From Psilocybe cubensis (taxonomy: Eukaryota): a stretch of DNA of 64,000 bases. Both the position numbers and the translations under genes were made by a program. The stretch is from assembly GCA_017499595.2 (NCBI GenBank), contig CM039000.1, forward strand, positions 1 to 64,000, in the 5' to 3' direction. Shown here one piece after another: positions 55,634-64,000 of the stretch; the stretch's first letter is position 1; each line of letters starts with the position of its first letter. The notes beneath the pieces are model-generated. The model had not been told where the DNA came from. It saw nothing but the letters and a program-made list of their open reading frames with translations, and did not search any database.

Positions 55634-56670
55634 GGGCTACGGATAGCGGCAAGGAGTCGGATGATTTGGTGCGATGTTCTTAATTGTTTTTTTTTCTTCT
55701 TCTATTTATACTGTGCGCGTGCAATGCCAACTCCCACGGCTACATAACGTTATACTTCAGGATCTTTGCCGCGTTGCATCTAACCGCAGTGAAGCGAAAC
55801 TGCACGTAAACCCAGACAGAGACAAAGAAATTCTAGGTCAGCCACGCATCAAAAGCTTCGATTATCGACTACAACATTACAGATGTACAAGAAAATCATG
55901 GGATAAAGCTTAAACGGACTTCCCAGAATTAGGACGCGCAGAAGCACAGACAATAGACACATACACACAGAGAAGTCACCCAGAAAGACCACAACGAGCA
56001 AGGCCCGCGTACACATTCAAAGCCAAAGTCCAACGTACATGCACTGTGCAATCTCAGCGACTAACCCGTCATCCTGCATGCCGCATCCCACATTCAACAT
56101 CCAGCATGAATTCACACGGGATGGACAGTACATGATGTAGTTCGGTGGAGGTCACGCCAGACAAAGAGGTTTGATGAGTAGATAGAACCCGTCTGAGTTA
56201 GTCCAGAGTCCAGACTTACAGGACGGTGAGATGGGATAAGACGTATACGCACCTAACCATCCAATCTACCCTCACACAGTCAGGCATCATCGCCAAGAAG
56301 CGTGTGCGCTGTGGTACAGTTGCAGATCATCCCGTTCCGTTCCCGAACAACTGACCTATGCATAGCGCTGCCTAACCGTACAGAGCCACTGAGAGGGATA
56401 CGTCCACAACGCGACGCTATGATATGATATAATATAAACGATTCATACCCAAGCAAACCCGATCCCCTCCAAGCTCAAGCTCAAACATCTTAACCTCAAA
56501 CGACGCCCGCAGGCGACGGGACAATCGCTCACATTCCTAACAACCCTATCAAGTACATTATCAATAACATCATCATCATTGATATTCGCATCGACCGTCT
56601 CCCGGTTCTCATTTGACTTGACAGACTAGCTATCAACTCTTCGACCACCTTTTTATAGAAAACACTTTAA

Positions 56671-59112
56671 TCCCATCCAAGACTCATATCAAGCAGCAAC
56701 AGTGACCCTGTGGAACGGGCTCGAGCCTTCATGTCTATTTCAGCAACACCAGCACTAAATTCTCATCGATTCGACCTGAACAAGAAAGACCTAGATCCCG
56801 GAGTAATTGGTCATGACAGATCATGCGGACTCTGACTATCTGACTATCCCACCCGTCTTGCTCACGCTGGATGGACAGTAGATGGCTCCGATAAGGATAG
56901 TCACTCAAATTTCTCATGGCCAACGCATGCTGCGCATTTTGCATTTTGCATCTTGAACTTGAACTCACACCACCGCCTGCACGATGTGCACCCTTTACCA
57001 TCATGCTAAATACCATCATATCCGCACCACGCTATCCACCAGCTTAGACCGCCATGCCAAATCATCCAGTACGTATCATCCTCCGCAACATTCCAATAAC
57101 AACATGTAATAAATTAAAGCCACAGCATCAAACACAAATCCAACATACAAATCTCGATGGACTTTGATAACCATACCTCCAACTCTACAAGCTGAAAGGG
57201 GCGGTCATCAGAAAATTCGTAAGTAAAAATCCATATAATACATTCACATATTCATTGGAAAACTTACATTTAATGTCAATTGAGCACACTGAAAACCTAG
57301 CCTGAATGACTGCCCGCAATCCAAATCCGGATAAGTGATCAATGTCACTGTTCAACCCCACACTGCAGCACCTGGACCGGCATCATCAACTTCATTCAAC
57401 TGATCCCAACTTACGTCATTAAGACACAAGCATATTTTGGCGACCATACAAACAAGCAAATAACATTTACAGCTCCAGATGGATTCACAGAGATCCATCT
57501 ACCCGAAGCTAGATATCTGAATATGCATGCGGCGATGTGCAAAGTAATCCATTCTGCAGGGTTACAGTTGAATGATTTCCTGGATAACTGATCAATGTCG
57601 ACTTTCAACCGGGCAACTCATGGTTTTCAAGTTCAACACTTGAAATGGATATATAAACTACTTCTCGATAAATGAATAATTACAAATTATTAGATTGGAA
57701 TTATCGAGGATTATTATATGTATGGAATAGTATCAATCAACGTGACGTGCACAAGTATATGTGCGAGTTTCAGTTTTACAGAATCGAGACAATAAAAATG
57801 CCCAGGTCCTCCAGAGTCCAGCTACAAGATGAAGATACGCACACCCAGCGTCACGCACGAAAGTGGGAGCAAAAAAAGAAGCAGCTCGTGTTGACTCTCT
57901 AATTTTCTCTTACCTTACAATCCAAATGGTCAAAGCGCAGGGCTGGAGCGACCCGGGAGGCGCGCCCGAACATCCAGGGCGTTTGATGTTGGTTTGATGA
58001 AGAGCGATCCGAGTGTTACCACTGAGCGGCGTGAGCGTAATAAGAGTCAAGACTGGGACGAGTGTCGGATAATGTGCAATGGCGTTGGGATATCAATATA
58101 TCAGGCTCGGGCTCTGGAATGGGGTGGATTGCGATGCGCAAACTCTCCAAACACCATTTTACAACAAACACTACAATCCCATCCAAGACTCATATCAAGT
58201 ATCTATATAAACATAACCGTCGCACGGCAGACAGCCGTCTCAAAAAACATATCTATTTCAGCAACATCGATTCCGCCTGAACAAGAAAGATCCCGGAGTA
58301 ATCGAGTGATCATGCGGACTTTGACTATCTGAATCCCACCCGCCTTGCTCACGCTGGATGGACAGTGGATGGCTCCGATAAGGATAGTCATATAATTCTC
58401 ATGGCCAACGCATGCTGCGCATTTCGCTTTTTCATCTTGAACTTGAACTCACACCACTATCAAGACTGAACCCCGCCACAATCGCATCCGCCTGCAAGAT
58501 GTGCACCCTTCACTATCATGCTCAATATCATCATATCCGCACCATACTATCCACCAGCTTACACCGCCACGTCAAATCATCCAGTACGTATCATCCTCCC
58601 CAACATCCCAATAACAACGTGCAATAACTTAAAGCCACAGCATCAACCGCAAACACAAACCCAACCCATACCCAAATCTCGATGGACTTTGATAACCACA
58701 CCTCACACTCGAAGTTACAAGGCGGGGACAGTCATCAGAAACTATGTAAGTAAAAAAAATCCATATAATACATTCACATATCCATTGGTAAACTTACATT
58801 ATTATTTAATGTCAATTGAGCACAATGAAAGCCTAGCCTCCATGTTCAACCCACTGCAGCACCTGGACCGGCATCATCAACTTGGAACATTCAACTGATC
58901 CCAACTCATCGGCTTACCTCGTATATCATGGTTTTATTCAACACTTGAAAAGGATATACAAACTACTGTTCAATAAATGAATAATTATAAATGATTAGAT
59001 TGGAATTATCGAGGATTATTATATGTATGGAATAGTATCAATTGACGTGATGCGCACAAGTATACCTGCAAATGTAAATTTTACAGAAGTGAGGTAATAA
59101 CAGCGCCCAGGT
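56671..59112 (+). repeat. Diverged direct duplication (~56671-57810 vs ~58177-59112)
   Basis: Shared anchors TCCCATCCAAGACTCATATCAAG, TTAGATTGGAATTATCGAGGATTATTATATGTATGGAATAGTATCAAT and CCCAGGTC. Confidence 0.85.
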
Positions 59113-59489
59113 CATCCGTTCTTCATAAATAGTGCAGTGCAGTGCACAACCAACCATGGAACCTTCAAAACGAAGATACACACCCACCCACCACCCGACC
59201 ACTCACCATCACATAAAAAACAGGGAGACAGAGAAGACGTCGACGCCGCTCGTCGCTCGAGTTGACTGTCTACCCTTCTTCTCTTACCTGCGAATTCAGA
59301 TGGTCGAAGCGCAGGGCTGGAGCGGGGGGCGGGGCACGGCGCGCGGGACCATCCAAGGCGGTTGATAAAGAGAATCAAGGTAGACGATAGATGTAGACGA
59401 TAGCACGATAGGACGATAGACGATAGGAATGAGGAATGAGGAATGAAATGCTGGTATGTAGGGAGGGTAGGCCAGGCTAGGTATAGGTA

Positions 59490-62400
59490 TAGACGTGGTG
59501 CTACCGACTCTCTGAATCGTCATACAGAGTCGAGTCGCGGGACGAGACGCAAGGAGACCAGAGGCAAGACCCAGACAGAACGACGAGATGCAATACAATA
59601 CAACACACATACACACACACACACACACACGCATCCAATTGCTTCTTCCCAGCCAACTGACAACCTACAACGCGACTCTTTAAATTTTTCAACCGATCAT
59701 CGCACCACCGCGCACCGTTCGCAGTACGCGTACGAGTTGCCAATAGCAAGTGGATCGAATGGGATGGAATTGGAGTCGCAGTTGTCGATGTAGTTGTAAT
59801 TGGGGGGTGGGGGATACGAGTGTGTATAGCGCTGCAGAGCCAGACTGAGCCAGACGAAACGAGAGGATATGATATAATATCACATATACAACTAACCCAT
59901 ACCCAAGTAAACCCGACCCTCTCTAAGCTTAACCTCAAGCTCAAGCTCAACCTCCAACGACACCGCACGGCTCGGGACAATAACTCACATCCCTGAACGC
60001 CCAACAGCCCAAAAGCCCCAAAACCCAAAAGCTCAACGACCCAGCCACACTGCCAATGCTGATATTCGAAGGACAGAACGCAGACACGCGCCGCACAGAA
60101 ACACAGAAACACAGAAACACAGAAACGCAGAACGCAGACACGAACGCTAGTTCAGGACGTCTGGCATAGGATTTCGATGTGTATGTACCATCACGGTGTG
60201 CGTTATGAGTATGGGCGTACTGTGGCGGGTGGCTGGTGGTGGGTGTTGGTGGTTGGTGTTGGGTGTCGGATAAGGTGCGATGATAAGGTGCGATGGGGAA
60301 TGAGGACGGTTCATGAGCCCGCGAGATGGGGGCGGTAGTAAGATAAACCGAACAGTCGAGAGACGAGCGAGTGAGCGAGTGTGTGTGTGTGTGGACCGTT
60401 ATACAAGGCACGGGAACCGAATGCGCAGATGCCACATAGTACACACCCCTCCAAGTTCCAAGTTCCAAGTTCCAATTCCAAAGAACAAGAACAAGGGACA
60501 AACGCGTACATCCTCCCAGAACAACCCTCCCCTCCCCTCTCCAAGCTTAATATCAAACTTAACACCATCGCTCACATCCCTGAACGACCCAACGACCCAA
60601 CGACCCAGCCACGCCAGACACCGACACGCTTAGTACAGAACACAGACACTCGCCGCACAGAAACGCAGAAACGCAGACCCTCGCCGCACAGAACGCTGAA
60701 CACTAGTTCAGAATGCAGAACGCAGAACGCAGAACACAGTGCAGCGCAGCGCAGCGAGGGGCGGGGCGGGGCGAGTTCAGAACGTAACGTGCGGCGTGTG
60801 TACGTGCGTTATGGATATGCGTGCATTGTAGCGGGTGGCGGGGGCTGGTGTCGGACACGGTACGATGAGGTATCACGATAGGCCATGACGTCGAAACGAG
60901 ACGCAACGATGCGATATAAACGACCCATACCCATACCTAATCTCAAACTTACGCCATCGCTCAGATACCTGGACCTAACAGCCCAAAAGCCCAAAAGCCA
61001 AAAGCCCAGCCACGCCGAACACAGATGTTCGCCGAACAGAACGCAGACACGCGCCGCACAGAAACACAGAACTTGGACCTTGGCGCACAGAACGCAGCAC
61101 AGAACTTATCGCAGCGCGGGGCGGGGCAAGTTCAGAACGTCTGGCATATGGCTTGTGGTGAGTAAGTGCCATCACGGTGTGTGTTATGAATATGCGTGCA
61201 TTGTGGCGGGTGGCTGGGGACGGTGGCGGGTGGCGGGGGATGGTGTCGGATAAGGTGCAAGGTGCGATGGGGTATCATTGACAGGATGAGATGGGGCGGT
61301 GATAAGATAAAGCAATCGAGTGACGAGCAGGCACGGGAACCGAATGAGCACATACATACCCCTTCCAGAATCCAAAGAACAAGAAAATCCGCTGGGGGAG
61401 AATCTCACGGGAGAAAGTGATGGGAGAAATTGATGCCAAGTCTGTATCAACGGCAATGTGACAGTGTTGTCGGCACACGCTTGTAAGTTCAATTCGGAGT
61501 TTGAAAGCACAGAGGGGGCCTGGGCAGATGACAGAGTCTCACGAACCACATCGAAGTCAAATTATAAATTAACTTGGCATACTATGTAGTCACATTCCAG
61601 ACATAAAGATTTCAACTTCAACTTCTATAAACTGTTCCCTTTAGTCTTTCAGAGTTGTGCACTGTCTCTTATACTTTATATATAAAGGTAATTAGGAAGA
61701 AAATTGACCAAAGCTGGAAAAGACTTGTGCCAGAAGGTAAAAAATCATGATGATAATCTCAAATTCACAATAGAGCTACATGCTGAAACAGTAATCTTCC
61801 AAAATATTATTGACTAATATATCTGCTTTATTCAGCTCCTAGATGACAATAATAATTTTGACTTGTGAACCACTAGAGTTGCAATTCATAGAGAGTAACA
61901 GTTATAGTAATCTAATCACGCTCTTGGTCTCTCACAACGCATGGTCATCCAGTCATTTTTGCAGTTTTTTAGGTGGTGCATCATGCCCGCCCTGTGATCA
62001 GCAACAGGACCAGCAAAAGAAAATATAATATTTGCGAGAAAAAGAGACAGACCACACAAAGCAAAGCAGAAATCACACAACGCAGAAACCACGCAACGCA
62101 GAACCTTCAAAGCAACCTAGCTTCAGGGTTCAACGTTCGATGGTCGACAGTCGATGGATATTCAACTTCAGGCCGAACCATGCAAAGCAAAGCAAAGCTG
62201 AACCACGCAAAACAGACCACACAACGCAAAGCAGAAATCACACAAAGCAAAGGAGAAACCACACAACGCAGAACCTTCAAAGCAACCTTCAAAGCAAAAC
62301 CACGCAAAACCACGCAAAACCACGCAAAACCACGCAAAGCAGCGCAAACTAACCAAAAAAATAACGCTACATTCAAATTCAACCCAACTGAACAACAACA

Positions 62401-64000
62401 ACAAATCTAGCACTAGCACGCCCATAGCACACTTGGACACTTGGAGACTGAGGTGCGGTGCGGTGCGGTGCGAGGGGGTAAGTAATATACATATACAAAT
62501 ACATACATGGATAGGTGATTAAACAGGGATAGGTATGTGTATGTGTATGTGGGAGATGGTCCAGGGATGGCTATGCTATGCTACAGATTTCAGAGATCAG
62601 AGATCAGACGATATATCAGACGGACGTCCGACGAGACGAGGGGAGGGAGTTGGGAGTGTGGGGTTGAGGGTGTGGGGTAGAGCAGGAGACGAGACAAGGG
62701 GTAGGGTAGGGTAGGGTAGGTATAGGTGTAGTCGTGGTGTTACCGAATCTCACCATACCAGTGAGTCGAGTCGCGGGACGAGACGAGACCAGACCAGACG
62801 AAAGGAGGAATCCAGAGAGTCCAGACAGAACGACGAGATAGAATACAAAACGACGTATACACACACACACACACACGCACACACACACACGCACCGTGGG
62901 TACCCGTCCAGCTCCCAAGCACCGTTCCCAAGCACCGTTCCAAACCAACTGACCGTCTACAACGCGACTCTTTGAATTTTTCAACCTATCATCGCACCAC
63001 CGCGCACCGTTCGCAGTACGCGTACGAGTTGCCAATAGCAAGTGGATCGAATGGGATGGAGTTGGAGTCGCAGTTGTCGATGTAGTTGTAATTGGGGGGT
63101 GGGGGATATGAGTATGTATAGCGCTGCAAAGCCAGCCAGAACCAGACGAGACAAGCCGATACGACATCGCATAACCGACTTATACCCAAGTAAACCCCGA
63201 CCCCCTCCAAACTCAAACTTAACCTCAAGCTCAACCTCCAACGACACCGCACGGCTCGGGACAATCACTCACATCCCTGAACGCCCAACAGCACAACGCC
63301 CAACAGCCCAAAAGCCCAACGACCCAGCCACACCGCCAATGTCATATTCACAGGACAGAACGCAGACACGCGCAGCACAGAACGCAGAACGCAGACACGA
63401 ACGCTAGTTCAGAACGTCTGGCATAGGATTCAGATTCTGATGCGTATGTACGACATCACGGTGTGCGTTATGAGTATGCGTGTATTGTGCCGGGTGGCGG
63501 GTGGCTGGTGGCGGGGGTTGGTGGCTGGCAAAGGTGTCGGATAAGGTGCGATAGGGTATCATTGGCAGGATGAGATGGATCAAGGGGGCGGTGATAAGAT
63601 AACGCGAGCGAGTGAGTGAGTAGAGCGTTACACGAGGCACGGGAACCGAATGCGCAGATGCCAGATAGCACATACCCCTTCAAGTTCCAAGTTCCAATTC
63701 CAAAGGACAAGAACAAGAACAAGGGAGAAATCGCGTACATCCTCCCAGAACAACCCTCCCCTCCCCTCTCCAAGCTTAATATCAAACTTAACACCATCGC
63801 TCACATCCCTGAACGCCCAAAAGCCCAACAGCCCAACGACCCAACAACCCAAAAGCCCAAAAGCCCAACGACCCAGCCACACCGCCAATACTGATATTCG
63901 CAGGACAGAACGCAGACGCGCGCCGCACAGAACGCAGAAACGCAGAAACGCAGACCCTCGCCGCACAGAACGCTAGTTCAGAACCCAGTACTTGGCGCAG
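59490..64000 (+). repeat. Repeat family with two long copies (~59490-60700 and ~62720-64000), partial copies to ~61390, and microsatellites ((CA)n, CAGAACG, AACCACGCAA x4 near 62300)
   Basis: Shared anchors GAGTCGAGTCGCGGGACGAGACG (59527, 62763), CCGCGCACCGTTCGCAGTACGCGTACGAG and CCCTCTCCAAGCTTAATATCAAACTTAAC. Confidence 0.8.

Noticed and set aside
59100-64000. Many 60-200 aa ORFs in the distal repeats
   Set aside because: They are low-complexity translations of microsatellite-rich repeats and are not conserved in frame between copies.

Overview
This is the left end of a eukaryotic chromosome, most likely from a basidiomycete fungus (inferred from the intron-rich genes and the gene families present). 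It begins with (TAAACCC)n telomere repeats. About 41.6 kb follows as a head-to-tail array of endonuclease-lacking Penelope-like retroelements (Coprina type): 8 RT-coding copies in three subfamilies plus solo or truncated pseudo-LTRs (pLTRs), often separated by short telomeric tracts. Each pLTR carries a type I hammerhead ribozyme. The main finding is a 929-nt group I (IC1-like) intron inserted inside the hammerhead cleavage triplet of the upstream pLTR. It is complete at 803-1731 and 16416-17344 and present as 5'-truncated remnants in two more copies, while every downstream pLTR has exactly the spliced, intact hammerhead. The ORF also contains a probable 61-nt GC-AG spliceosomal intron that would switch between a 364-aa ORF1 protein and the 1176-aa ORF1-RT fusion. 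Beyond 41787 is unique or low-copy subtelomeric DNA: a disrupted NACHT gene, a membrane-protein gene, an HNH-like gene, degenerate paralogues and local duplications. RNA structures were derived by eye, and no searches were run.
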